From: Neoconidiobolus thromboides FSU 785
Lineage: Eukaryota; Fungi; Entomophthoromycota
Assembly (NCBI GenBank): GCA_025603075.1
Contig: MU626280.1
Span: forward strand, 62,001 to 126,000
Direction of reading: 5' to 3'
DNA: 64,000 bases
The notes beneath the pieces are model-generated. The model worked only from the letters and a program-made list of their open reading frames with translations, made no database searches and was not told the DNA's origin. The position numbers were made by a program, and so were the translations under genes. Positions within the stretch are counted from its first letter, which is position 1; each line of letters opens with the position of its first letter. Positions 26,920 to 40,904 of this stretch are shown piece by piece.

Positions 26920-28332
26920 TTAATCTTGATTATATCCACTAGTTAACAATTGGGCCAATTTAGAAATCTCTTCTCTTGATTGGGCCGCTAAGGAAGCGCC
27001 AACATCAACCAAATAATTTAAATTTTTTGGATCTACATTATCAATCTCACCGTACTTGGCTGGAAGCACAGGCTGAACTCGAAAATAATGTTTTGGTGGT
27101 ACTAAATTTCTCAATTGATAATCCACTGTATTTACTGAAGAAGACAGCATAATAGATGGAAAATATAAAGCCCAATTAACGGAACCCCAATCTTTAATAG
27201 CTTCATGATTTAAGCCTAAACTCGACTCACCACAACCTAAAGAAACTAATACTGTTTTCTCTGGATCAGCTTCATAATTTTTATAAGCTTCAGCTAAACC
27301 ACATAATGCTGGTGAATTTGCTGTTAATGCCCCATCCACAAAGGAACGATAGCCATATTCTTTTGGACTATCATAACCCTCTACTTTATGGGGTTGAAAA
27401 TAGGTAGGGGCAGAAGTAGTAGCATTCAATACATCAATTAAACTATAGTTTCGATTAATATTATCTTGATCATTTAAATGTGAGGTTTTAAAAAAATAAG
27501 GTTTGCCTTCTCTATAAATTAAAAAATAATTAATATTTTAGTACAATTCAAAATGGAGATTTAAAAATGAAATTTACCTAACATCAAATGTAGGTATTAA
27601 CATATTCGATAATAAATCTGACATCTTTAAATCTCCTAAGGTTTCTTTAAATATTTTTGTTTTGTGAGTAGTATCATATTGGGCAGTTCTTAATCCAGCT
27701 AAAGTAGATATCCTACGATAAATCGAACTTTTAAATATAGTAGATGATTTATTAAGATACAGATCAATCCCATCTCTAGCCGTAAACTAATAATTAAAAT
27801 TAATTATCATATTCTATAGAAAAAGTAATTTGATTTCTACCTTACTCTCTTTGCTCCCTTGTTCTTTAGGTACTGATAGCATGACAGCTAATATAGCACC
27901 TGTTGAGGTACCACAAATAAGATCAAAAAGCTCATGAATCGGCTTTTTGGCTTCTACCTCTAATTGATTTAAAATCGAAGCTGGAATGATACCTTTGACA
28001 CCACCCCCATCAATAGCTAATATTCTAAATGGTCTATTACCCCTTTTTGGAGGCTCTTTTTTTAATTGAATAAATCCAACTTGTTGATTTAATGGAAAAT
28101 AAATTTGAGGTTCGCTTACAGTATGTGTACGTGTTTTGTTCTTTCTTTTAAATCCATCAGTAATAAGTTTGCTAAGTTTGATACTACCTACTTTACTATA
28201 ACTATCAATTGGGGCTAACTCTTTTTCTATAAAATTATCTACAAAATCTTCTTGGGATAATTTTTGTTTAATCAATAAAGAATTTAAACTGCTTGTATGA
28301 TTATGACCCTTCTTATGCGTTTCTGAAAGCAT
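26920..28332 (-). CDS. Patatin-like phospholipase, multi-exon
   Basis: ILAIDGGGVKG, FDLICGTSTGAIL (GxSxG), FVDGALTANSP (DGA) motifs. Confidence 0.95.
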
Positions 28333-29225
28333 TGAATTACTGTTAATTATTAGTGAAAATTAGTATTTGAATTAGTATTTGAATTATATTATTTTTTAGT
28401 AAGTTAAAAATCTAAGTGGCACTATTTATAGTCTTCTTATTTATTTAATAAGTCTAAATCATAATTACTAGTCATAGTAATAATCATCAATTGAAAATTA
28501 TTACTCATAATAAATAAAACAAAATAACCATGTTACTTTAAGGAGAAACTCCTATTGGTTTATGTTTTATTTAGTAATTAGATTTATGGAGAATTTTGAA
28601 TTTAAATTCAACTTGTTTAATCAAAGTTAACTCGAATTGGAGTTTTAACTTCAAATAAATTATAAATTCACTTTATTCGGTTTATTTACCTTTGTTTTTC
28701 TTTGTTATTATCTTTTTATCCGAAGGTCTTATGAGAATAGATTTAATTTAATTGTAATGAATTATAAATTCAATTTTATTGATTTTATTCCATTTGAGAA
28801 GCCCCTTAATGACCCTTAAAATTGGGTCATCAGTTTTTAGCTATTTAAGTTCAAATAATTCTATTTAACGTTTTATTTGAGAACTTTCTTTCTATTAAAT
28901 TGCTGAAAAATAGAGCCATTAAACTCCAAAACGACTTCCTTATATAAATAACTAATTCTAAAAATCAGTGTAAAGAATCCCATATCAAAGCTTAACTACT
29001 TACAAAAGTGTTACATTTCAACATTTAATTAAGAATAAATTATGAAATTAAATAAACTAAAATTCAAACAAATCAAAGACAAAACTGAAAACCTTCAATT
29101 TCCACATCTACAATTAATATGTTATTATTAACATTTAATATTCCAAAAAAAAACAATGAATAAAACCCTTGGTCACAACAACTCCTTCACCCCCTTAGAA
29201 GGAATTATCAAACAAACTTTAAAGC

Positions 29226-32200
29226 CTATTGGTCTTCCTGAGCAATTAACTGATATAATTCCATCAATTGTTTATGATAAGACTGTAAAATAAGTTCTGT
29301 AACTTCAGTATCTGGTTCATTTGAACTTTCAAATAATAAAGTTTCCAAAGTTAAATCTAATAATGCTTTATATTCTGGTTGGGTAAAAATTTGTTCTAAA
29401 TTTTGTGCTCTTTGAGAAAATGTCTAATAATAACAATTAATAATTAATAATTAATAAAATTTCAGTTAATAGCTATTCAGTTAATAAATTATATAGCTAT
29501 AATTATAGTAGTATTTAATTAGAACAATAGCAACTTACCTCCAAATCCAAATCATATAAAGAATAAAAATCTTTAGCAATATTTAATCCTAAATCATTAT
29601 TAAATCCCATATTCGTTAAATTTTGTTGTAATGCTGAGATATTTAATTCCATTTTTTCTAATCCACGTGTGGACATTTTACGTATATTTTGAACATTATC
29701 AATTGATATTAATACCCGAGACATAAATGTAGGTAAGCGATCAAATATAAAACTAATTAAATATTATTATTATATTATCAATATTGTTATAATATATTAT
29801 ATTATGCCTTACTTTAAATCATCTTCTGTTAATAATTTTCTTAAATTTTCCTCATAAATAGCTAAATCTGAATTAAGTGTTGTTACATAAGAATCTGGTG
29901 TAACTGTTTGATCGTAATTTAAATAATACGTTCCCTATTATTATTATTATTATTATTATTATTATCAGAATTAGAATATTAAACTATAACAAATTACCTC
30001 TCTAACAGCCAAATCCAAATAATACATAGTATGACAACGAAATTCAACTCTTAATGTAAATAAACAAAGATCCGACAATTTATTAAATTTATTTAATATT
30101 TTATCTAAATGACTATAAAAAATGAAAAATTAATTATTATAATATAAATATTAAATAATCAACTTACTTTGTATACTCAGCCATTGAACGAATAGTTGAT
30201 GGACCTTTAGAAATCTAAATAAATAAATAAAACATTATAAATATTTGTTCTTAAAATTTAATTTACTTCTGAAAGTGAAATTGATTTAATAGATTTGTTA
30301 TCATCTAATGTTGGAGTCTGTTTATTATTTTCTTCATTATTTTCATTTTGTTTATCATTTTCTTTATTTCCAATAACTTCATCAACTTCAGATACAAACC
30401 ATTTCTATATATTATAAAATAAAATGTTAATACTAATATCAGAAATTTAATATGACTTTATCTGCTAAAAGCAATACTTACCAAAGAATGAGACAATGTA
30501 GCTAATAAGGATAATTTTTTAATATCAAATAATAATTCTGATGTATGTAATGATTTTTTCAATTTAAAATTTAATTCAATTTCTGTTTCCTAAAATAAAA
30601 TAATTTCATTAATAATTAATTTATCATTATCATTAAATTATTATTTAAAATGAATAAGTTAGTTACTTTTTTATCAATTTTTTCTAATAATTCAGGATCA
30701 ATATTATTTCTTTTGAAGTTCTTTTTATCATTTAATTCTGATGACATGGCTTGTTTAGCTTTTTGTAGTAAAACTTGACTAAAACCAAATCGTTGGTTTA
30801 ATTTTTGAATATAAGGATGGGATGAAAATAAAGTAACTAATTCTTTAGATTGTGCCCAAGTAGAACTTAGTATTGTTCCACTGGCATGATGATCTTCATC
30901 CGATTGATTGATATTACTCATAACAGCATCTATATTTTATAATTAATTAATTAATTAATTATTAATATTTTTGATTTTTAAAATAAATCAAATAAATTAA
31001 TACTTACTTTTAAAACAAGAATGACATTTTTCATAAAATGCTTCTAATACATTTTCAATAATTTTAATATATTCTTCCCTTTGAAATGGTAATAATTTTA
31101 AGGTAGTACATAAATTTTTAACTAAAGACAATAATTCACCAACACACTAATTAATTATTAATATAAATAAGTATGATAAATATAATAATTAATGATTGGT
31201 TAATATTAAGTTACATTTAATAATGGCTTTCCATAGCTTGATGTATGTTTATAACCAATTTGAAAAGCGTAAGTACCTAAATAAAATATTAGTTATAATA
31301 TAAATAAATAAATAAATAAATTAGTTAATCATAAATATTTACCCGAAGTAGCCATAAATAAATGTTGTTGAGCTTTTAATTCCATTTGAGGTAAAAAAGC
31401 GGATGAAAAAAATTCATGTAAAAAAGTTTCAAAATTCAAATAATCTTCATTCCTAATAATTATAAAAAAATAAAAAAAATTAAGAATCTTATTTAAAATT
31501 TAGTAAAATAAATAGTCACTTACTTAAAATGTAATAATTCTTGAGCTCTTTCAAAAAAACTAACAGTTAATGGAAATAAAATGGAAATATTATAAATATC
31601 AGGTGATATTAATAATCGGTGTTCTGTTGCCAATTTGGATGATAATGAAAATTTATCCACAGCAATTGAAGCCAAATTAATATTTAAAGTGGAATTATGA
31701 TTTTGATAATTATTGATATTATTAAATTGATTAGAATTTAATAAAAATTCCATATTGATATTTTCATTTTCTATCCCTGGAATTTGAAATTCATTATCAT
31801 TGGATAAACTAAATAATTTCTTAGAATAATTGGAACCTGCTGATCGGGCTACTCGGGTTTCTACCTGACTATAATAAGATAACAGACTACTACTTCGACT
31901 TAATTGATTTTGTTGGGTTTCTGTTTTTGATAATTCACTTCCTGAATGAGTACTCAATCTTTTTTCAACACTTGTAAAAGATTCATTAACTTCATTATTA
32001 CCTTTAAATGAATTTCCAACTTCACTAAATTTAAACAAAGGCTAACAATATTTATTTAGTATTATTAGTTCTATTTTAGTTTTATAAAAATTACCTTTTT
32101 TAAATCTCTATTTAATCTTCCTCTTAATGCTTCATTAATTGAAGAAATAGCATCTGTTGCAGCAATGTTTTGTAATTGTGGATCGCTGATATAATCATAT

Positions 32201-34514
32201 AAAAGAGATTTAATCTAGTAAAACCATAAAATAAATAATAATAGGGTTTTAAAAAATAAACTTACTTCACTTTGCATGGAAGACCATACTTCTTTAAGAT
32301 TATAATTAAATACTAAAAAAATTAAGATTAAAATTAAAACTTAATAATTATTAATAAATTATTGAAATTTTACCTGAACTTTCTTTTGTTAATTTTAATC
32401 TTGATACCCTTTTGTTAAGATTAGTAGGATTAGGAGATTTTGGTAACTCATCTGGGAAAGGAGATTTTAAAGTAGTATCTTTCTAAAAAAAAAATTCATT
32501 TATATTAATATTCAAATAAAATATACAAAGCAATACTTACTGCAATATTTTGAATTAATAGCATAATAAATCGATGATTACCCAAAATCAATTCAAATTT
32601 TCTATAAAGTCTAGAAACAAATGCTGTAATAATTTCATTAGCAATGGGATTAATAGCACTTAATTGATATTCTAAATGTCAATTATTAATTTCGATTATT
32701 CTTGTTTCAGTTTGTAAATATTAATTTACCATTTAACGAAAATTCTACTTTATTTCCTAAATTAGAAGTATCTTCTTCTAATTCCAATAACATTGCTAAA
32801 TCAGAGGTATTATCTTTATTCGATATTGAATTTAAATCATTTAATTTTTGGATAGCCAATAAAAAATCTCCTTTTTCTTTTCTTTCTTCAATTTCATTAA
32901 TTGTTTTATCAACTAATTGATATAATTCAACAGGAACTCGAGATTTAATCATTTCAATCGCTTCTGGTAATTTTCCAATTAATTTTAAACAAACTACTAT
33001 AGTTCTTAAAAAATTTAATGAATCTGCTTCAGGATCACTAGTTAAATCTTCTATTAACTTAATTTGTTAGTTTATCAATTATTTATTATTATAATTTTAA
33101 TTACTTCTAATTTGGTTGTATTTTCCCCATGTTTATTGATATTATTGGTATCAACAGATAATTTAAATTCATCATAATCATTATTCAAATAACTTGATAT
33201 CAATTCTAAATAATAAATTAACAAATTTGATAATTAAAATAATACTAATATATTACCCTGAAATTTAGCTTTGGAACTAAGATAAATTAAAATTAAACAA
33301 CAAACTTATAAACTATTTTATAAAAATTACCTAAACATTAAAAGATTATCTAAATTAAACAATAAAATTAATATGAATGAAAATAAAAATAAAAGATAGA
33401 GATTACCAAACTCTTCATTCAAATGAATTTTTAAATAAACATGATTATGAATTTCTTCAATTAAAGTTTCATGTAAAGTCTAAGTAAATTTTAATTAATC
33501 TCAGAATTTAAAAAATAGTTAACTAATAATCCTCACATTCTTAATTTTAAATAAAGTTCTTCTTAGTTCATCTGTCGCTTTAATAGGTTTTAATTCTTCG
33601 GATTCAATTTCTGTTAACGTTTTTAACAATAAACGAATACCAGTAAGATAATATTTATCTCGAAATAAAGCTTCTAATTTTTCTAATACTTTTTTAATTT
33701 CATCTCTAAAAAATTTAATATCAAACCTTATTCATTTTATAATTACATTACTATTAAAACTTACAATTTATCTAAAATCCTTAACATTTCTTTGCATTGT
33801 TTAGCTTTAGACCATAATATATTTAAATCACTTCTTTGTTGCCCTAAGATTTCTTTACATCGATTCATTTCAGATTTTAATTGATGAACTAAAGATTGAG
33901 ACTCTAAATTATTATTATTAATATTATTATTTATGAATTCAACTAATTGAATCACCTCCAATTTCGTTTTGTACTCCAGTAAAGATGGTGGTAGTTGAAT
34001 TAAATTGATTATAATGTTCTATTGATTTAAAATAATAATAAATGGATAAATTGTTATAATAAAGTAAATTATATTAAATTTACCGTTAACTACTTCTTCC
34101 ACTGCATTATTAAATCTATCTAATAAATTTTCAAACCCATTAAAATCTTTTCCCAAAGAACTAACATCAATTAAATCTAATGCTAATGGTACTGGATTAA
34201 ACTAATAAAAAAGATTATTAATTATCAATCATCCTTTTCATAAATAATTCAAGTTCAATACTTCTTCTGAAGCTAGTAAAGGCCAATCTTTTTTAACTTG
34301 TTTTAATATCTCTAATAATTTTTAATCTTTAATTTTTAGTTTTAATATTAATAAATCTTTTACCCTCTGCATTTTTTAATGAATTTTGATAGACATGATT
34401 GGATAGGGATATTCTTCGACTATGAATAGAAGCACTCGACCTTTGTAATCCAGAAGTAGTGTTGGTTCTTCTATTTGTCCTTGGTGGTGGTATAGGTCGA
34501 TTTTCATTGCTCAT
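29226..34514 (-). CDS. SEC8: Exocyst subunit Sec8/EXOC4, highly intron-rich
   Basis: Exons give DWPLLASEE/FEPVPLALDLIDVSSLG, EHYNQFNSTT, LWSKAKQCKEMLRILDKL, LEALFRDKYYLTGIR, LFTLRVEFRCHTMYYLDLAVR/GTYYL, DPDSYVTTLNSDL, GLEKMELNISALQQNL. Confidence 0.88.
29937..29963 (+). repeat. (ATT)9 microsatellite inside a SEC8 intron
   Basis: Perfect ATT run adjacent to the minus-strand acceptor AG at 29935-29936. Confidence 0.9.
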
Positions 34515-34736
34515 TATTATATTAATAAAATAAAATCTGAAAGAAATAATAACAAAATTCAATTTGAGTGGCTTAAAGTTCAAATTTTATTTCATTGGTT
34601 TAAAATAGAACTTCAGTAAAATAACTTATTGATGACTACTTTTTTAATAGAAATTCATAATTTGAATTTAATATAATAATTATTATTATAATCTATTTAT
34701 AAGGAATGATCTATTTTTATTTATAATAATATTAAT

Positions 34737-35896
34737 TTAAAAATCGGATGAAAAATCGGATGAAAAATCCGTAAGAGAAGAATCCGTTACATTATAGTTA
34801 CATTGAATTTTACGTTTTCTATCAATAGTTTCTTCTTCAAAGATATCCACATCCTAATTAAATAAAATGTTATTTCAATTTCGTAAATAATGATAATTAT
34901 TATTATTACTACTACTTCTTCACTTTTTTCTTTAATTTTATTATCTTTTAATTTTAATGTACCTAGCTTTAATCGAATTTTTAATGTTGGTGTATTTTCA
35001 TTTTTATTATCACTGACTAATTTGATTTTCTTGGGTTTTTTAAGTAATTGTATTTCTTCTTGTATACTACTTAATTCTTTCTTTAGACTTTTCAATTCCA
35101 ACTTTAATTCTTCTAATACTATACAATATTATATTAATATCCAATTTTAATCATTGTTATCACTATTATATATAGTTACCATTAGTTTCCTTAATAAAAA
35201 ATATTAGTAAATTTATAGCAATCAAATAAATGAATTACTTCTTTAGGTGATGGTAATACAATAGCATTGATTTCTTCTTTTGATAAACCAAAACTAATAA
35301 CTATAAGTAAATTAAAATATATAAATAAACATTTACTTTTTCTTGTTTTCAGTTAATCGACGAAGTTTTTCTTCTTTTGACAATTTAGCTAACAAAAAGA
35401 AATAAATCAAACTATCAAAAGTATAAAAGATATAAAGAAACCTCCGGTATTAACAATAAACCCATTTTTCCTTTTAATTTCAGGTCCAAATTTTTTAGCA
35501 TTTCTTTTATTAATTTCTAAGGGATCCACATGTAAATTAGCAAATTCTAAATTAAAAAAGTATACAATTAACTACTTCTTCAACAAAGACTTAATATCCT
35601 ATTCCTTACCCGCTGTAGATTGTTGCCCCAATAATTTTTGAGTTTGTAAATTTAATTGGGCCACCGTTTTTCCCAGTAAACATTGAGACTGAATAATTTT
35701 ACTCCAATTCCCAATACCAAACTTCATTAAGGCTAACCTTAATATATCCACTTCTTTCTGTGTCCAACCTGAATTCTAGTCAACTATTATTCTTTTTTAA
35801 AATACAAAACATTGAAATTCTACCTGGTGATAAGGTACAATTCCATAAACTTAAAGAATCATTGGATCTTAGCACATTTCTTTCCCCTACTGGCAT
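34737..35896 (-). CDS. Myb/homeodomain-like protein resembling the p1 subunit of the MTA1c (AMT1) DNA 6mA methyltransferase complex, multi-exon
   Basis: Spliced product: SLSLWNCTLSPGWTQKEVDILRLALMKFGIGNWSKIIQSQCLLGKTVAQLNLQTQKLLGQQSTAEFANLHVD...RKNGFIVNTG...SKEEKLRRLTENK..FGLSKEEINAIVLP. These motifs match ciliate p1 as I recall it. Confidence 0.8.
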
Positions 35897-36020
35897 ATGC
35901 TGGGGTTTATCATCCGAGCTCATTTTTTGTAATAATTATTAATTAAAAACTAAAAATTAGTGTTTTGATTTACTTAACACGCCTTTTATACTCTCCTTTA
36001 AAATTCATTATTTTTAACAG

Positions 36021-36058
36021 CCAATCAAATTTTAGGTAGAACCTTTATTCAGACGCGT
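36021..36058. promoter_or_regulatory. CCAAT box and ACGCGT (MCB-like) element upstream of the p1-like gene
   Basis: AGCCAATCA with CCAAT at 36021-36025 and ACGCGT at 36053-36058, 125-160 bp upstream of the ATG. Confidence 0.45.
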
Positions 36059-36539
36059 ATTTTGATTTATTTGTTAAATTTAATTCGTTTATTTAAAGTA
36101 CTGGGTTTTTTTTTGTTTTTTTATTTCAGTGAAAATTTTTACTATTTTAAAACAATTGATAGTTACTAATATCAACTGGTAATTATTTTAACTTGATATT
36201 ATAATATTAAAAATATTTTAATTTATAAAAATCAACTTTATTATTTGTTTTTATAATATCTATAAAACATTTTATAAATAATCAGAGTTTGAAATTCAAA
36301 TGATATTAGCAATCTAATAACTACTATTTAGAATAAGTAAAACAATAGTATCAAAGCTACTAAATTGGTAGTAAAATAAATGATACAAATCTATTTAGCC
36401 TATTATAATAGTAAATGCTAGATTCTATTAAGTGATAAATCAGTTGATAAAACATAGTGGCATTTATACTATACAATTAACGACAAAATCAATATCTCAA
36501 AATTAAAACAAAATCATTTATTACAAAAAAAATAGCAAA

Positions 36540-37905
36540 CTAAACAAATATAAGTTCATAGCGACATTGAGGACAAGTTTGATTTCTAGGTAACCATTGG
36601 TCGATACATTCAAGATGGTAATGATGATTACAAGCTACTTTTCTTAATACATCCCCGTCATTATATTCAATTAAACAAATAGAACAAAAAGCATCCATTT
36701 TATTCATTCTTAAAATAGGCAAACAGGCACATTCTTTTTCAATATTGGGCTTCATTTTTAGTTTAGTAGATTTACTAACAAATAAATTATAAGTTATTAA
36801 ACGTTGTAATTTACATACAATAACTTTGAATTTACATTGGAATTTATGAAGTAAATTCCAACTTGAATTCAATCTATTATTAGAATTATCATAAAAATGC
36901 TCTATTTCAATAGCTGTTGAGATTGTTTGATCGTATATATATTTTGGTATTGTATTAATTAAACTACGAATGTTTTTCGATTGTTGTTTGACTTTATGAA
37001 GTTGAGTAACTAACGGACTACGTACTAATAGCCATCGTTTTAAAAAATAACTAGAAAGAGAAAGGATACTCATGAGATATCTTATAGCTAATAAACAACT
37101 GATAAAATAAACTAAGGTCAAAGTAATAGGTTTACAATCCGTTGGAAATAGTAGTATATAGTGAGCACTTAAAAACAAAATGAAACAAAAGATATTTAGC
37201 AATAAATACAATCTATTAAAAAAAACAGTTAATTAGCCTAATTTTTTGAAAATCATTAATTTATTAATAAATTACGTTTTTAATCTTGAAAAATAGAATC
37301 CAGTCAATCGAGTTAGACTTTTTTTGTTGAATGTATACATTAACATCACTGGTAGATATATTATAATCCATAACAAATGAATTAATATAAAATGAGTTTC
37401 TGCTGAATCGCATGGTGAATTCCAATACAATATTAATATTACAATTGACCCAAGAAGCTTGACTAATGTTAATTAATTGAATATTATAATTTAATTTATT
37501 GAATACCTGAAGTAGTAATATAATCACTTTTAATAATAATGTTTTCGATTGAAATAATAATTTCAAACTATTAATTAGTATTTTGTAATTGATTATGCTA
37601 CAATTAAAATTAACTTCTAAATTTGAATTTCTTATATAACTATTTGAATGTGGTAAATGAGTAGATACTATAGCTGCATCTAAATTATACATTATTTGAT
37701 TATAATTATTATCTCCGTTATTTTGTACTACATTTATGCTGCATTCATGAGTATAATGACTAGCTTGATATGATTGACATTCATTAATCTCAATAACAGA
37801 ATTCTGAGCTTGAGTCGGTAATTCGTAGAATTTATTTTTCGCGTTTACTTTATTAGTTAAATTGATATCTGATGGATCAATATAAAAACTTGGGTTGACG
37901 TTCAT
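36540..37905 (-). CDS. Transmembrane RING-H2 E3 ligase, diverged tandem paralog (3 exons)
   Basis: RING-H2 CSICLIEYNDGDVLRKVACNHHYHLECIDQWLPRNQTCPQC; exons approx 37905-37507, 37457-37276 and a final exon to 36540 splice in frame. Confidence 0.8.
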
Positions 37906-38969
37906 TACAGAATAAATAAATAACTTTAAAATCCAGTTCAAGTATAGGTTTATATACTTTTCTTTATTCATTATTAACTAGATGTTCCCCTTTTTTTCTT
38001 AAATGAACACTTATATAAATCATGATTTTGAATGATGACGGCTTAGTTCGAGTTAAATTATCTTTTGGTGCATAAACAATAAATTTTGACTTTTTTAAGG
38101 ACAATTTTACTATAACTTTCATAAACTTCTTTTATTCTATAAAAGTATAAAAAGTGTAAAAAATAAAAAATAAAAAATAAAATTCTTCAATTGTATTATG
38201 TATTTTCTACATAGTGAAATTTACATTTCTTTCATTAATTTTAATAGTTGTCTATAATGTCACATTGTATTCAAATGTTTTCCAGAGGCTTCACATTTAA
38301 TTCTTTAAAAAAACCGGTTACATGGTTTGATTTTAAGCCAAATTGAATATTCGTCTTAAGGCTACTTGTAAGGTAGGGTGATACGTTCTGTTTTGCTTAT
38401 GATTCATTATTCTATTAAACCTTATATATCACTATATTAATTTAATAATATCAAAATTTCAAGGTTTTTGTTAGTTGTATTTTTGTTATTAAATTTCAGT
38501 TTATCACAAGTCATACTACAGGCTTCAATATCGTTAATAATGTGGAATAAAAAATTCTATCATTTCATAAAATTAGCGAAAGTTCTGAAATTCTCAACTA
38601 AAGGTCAATCATCGTTTAAATTAATTTTTATAACTTTCATACACATAGTGTTTAAATGAGAATTATCATCTTTAGATATTTGAAGCGAAAGCTTTCAAAC
38701 ATTATTGTCATGAGTCAATTTTTTAAGAAAATCTGAATGATAAGGGATGATTGGGTATAAGTAAAGGAAAAAGGCGGAAGGGTAAGTGGGATACTATTGA
38801 AAAATGGAAATTAATATTCTCGTTTATTAAACTAACTTTATTTTTTTTTAAATTAAGCTAATTTTTTTATGACAAAAGTCACTTTTTAAAAAAGTATTTT
38901 TGATTTTGTAACTTTAATTATCTAACAATCCTAAGCCTAAGGTGTTGAATTAAATTTCAATGAGCATAT

Positions 38970-39064
38970 GGAGATGTATTTTTGTATTTAAGAATTTTAT
39001 TAATGAATTTTTCGCTTAAATAGCACTTAAAAATGGAAAAAAAATAATGAAAAAAAACACTCCT
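38970..39064. mobile_element. MITE family copy 8
   Basis: GGAGATGT...ACACTCCT; TSD ATAT/ATAT. Confidence 0.85.
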
Positions 39065-39329
39065 ATATTCTTTTATTTGAAATTTAAAAAATATGCTTTG
39101 CTTAAATAATGAACAAAATGCCAAGGCGAAAAAGGTACCACCCTCATATTCCATAAAAAAACGATTAATGCTACAACTTTTAAGGATTAAAACTGTCATA
39201 ATTTAAAAAAATTATTTTATTATAACTTAATAAAACTATTTTACAGAATACAAGATTAAACCCAATGATATTAATATTTATACAAAAAAGCTAAATATTC
39301 CTTCTTTAGCATTATTAATTCTGAAACCT

Positions 39330-40904
39330 TTATTCTTCATCACTGGGGATTTCTGTACTTCCAGTGATATCTCTTTTACATAATGGACAGGTACGATTTT
39401 GTTTTAGCCATTCATCCACACATTGTACATGATAATGGTGATCACAAAACATTTTTCGAAGCTCATCTCCGTCTTCATACTCTGCTAAACAAATGGCGCA
39501 TACTGCATCTGCCTCATCATTAATTTTAATTACTGCCAACTGTTTGGTCTTTTTAGTCAATTTCATTTTATTTTTGCCTTTACTTTTATGTACAAACAAA
39601 GAGCGAAATAATGATTTTTTCTTTTTTATTGACGGTGTTGAGTTAGTGTTGTTGTTATTATTGCTACTAATGTCAACATTCGTTGTAGAGGCTGATACAT
39701 CATTATTGGTGTGTGTTACTGTTTCAGCTTCAATTTCTTCCTTTTGATTCATAATAGAGGTATGCCTATCAAATCGTAATGTCGGAACCTTATTGATTAA
39801 CTCGTTTGATGCTCCAATACCACTTGATTCTCCAATACGTAAAAATCGCATTACGACTAATACACAAGGTAAACAAAAGATTACTGCACCACAGAAAAAG
39901 ACTGGTATGGTAATTATAACATATCCAAAAATAACCAAAGCTAAACTGAAATAATACAACGTTGGACTTTCTTTACTACATGTATTCGATGTGAAAAATA
40001 AATAATTTCCAATGACAAATAATAGCATTGAAAATATGTCCATTATTGAACGGCATCTAAATAAATATCGTATTAGCATGTTAGTAGTATAAACCACATT
40101 AAAAGTACCTATCAATCCATGATCTAAAAGAACTATTCCTATTACTTCTATTGGGTTTAAGATAATATAATATAGTGATTGGTAATGAAACTGTCAAACG
40201 AATTAAATAAAGCAAAATAAAAACATTTAAGTGTGCATCACAAGGCTGATCCCATGCTACTGCAAGAATGGCTATACAACAAATGATCTATTATGAAATA
40301 TTAATTGTTATTATTAAACTAAATTAAATATACGTACTTGAACTAATGATGTAATGACACTAATTATTAATAAATATTTTGAGGTACGTGAAATGTTGTG
40401 ATAAGAGCGTGAAAGATGATTGAGCCAATTACGTCGAACATTTGATGCATGAATACTTATATTATCTTCAACTATATTTCTACTATTGACTTCATTTCTA
40501 TTATTATTATTACTATTTGAATCAGCGTTATTATTTGTACTGTTGTTTAGCATAGTTTCTGAATTTATAGCTAGTTGATGTTGCTGAGAAATAGTAGATA
40601 CACCTACAGAGTTAGCATTAGATGCAACAGTAGCAGCATATGGAATTGATCGCAATGTTGGCTCTGGGCTGGATCTGTTTAATGAAGGTAAAAATACAGC
40701 TACATTTGAATCGCAATAACCAGTTTCGCTAATCGCATCTAGTTTTGCTATTATTACAGTTTCATTATTTGCTTCATTTGTAGTATCATTCTGCTTAGAT
40801 AAGTTCATCACTGGCTTAGGGGATATGACTAAGCTAGGTGTTGTCGAGGTTAATTCATATTGCTGTTCATTTTGGGTAGATTGTTTTGATTTGGGTGAGA
40901 ACAT
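39330..40904 (-). CDS. Multi-pass transmembrane RING-H2 E3 ligase (3 exons)
   Basis: TM region WDQPCD..., [21 protein letters not shown]..., [14 protein letters not shown]; RING-H2 [42 protein letters not shown]. Confidence 0.92.

Noticed and set aside
28808-28831. ATGACCC-TTAAAATT-GGGTCAT hairpin, and GGGGTAAAA motifs at 61909-61960
   Set aside because: Short isolated palindromes or motifs; function cannot be supported from sequence alone.
34741-34775. Tandem AAAAATCGGATG repeat
   Set aside because: It is the coding DFSSDFSSDF end of the p1-like gene, not an independent repeat.
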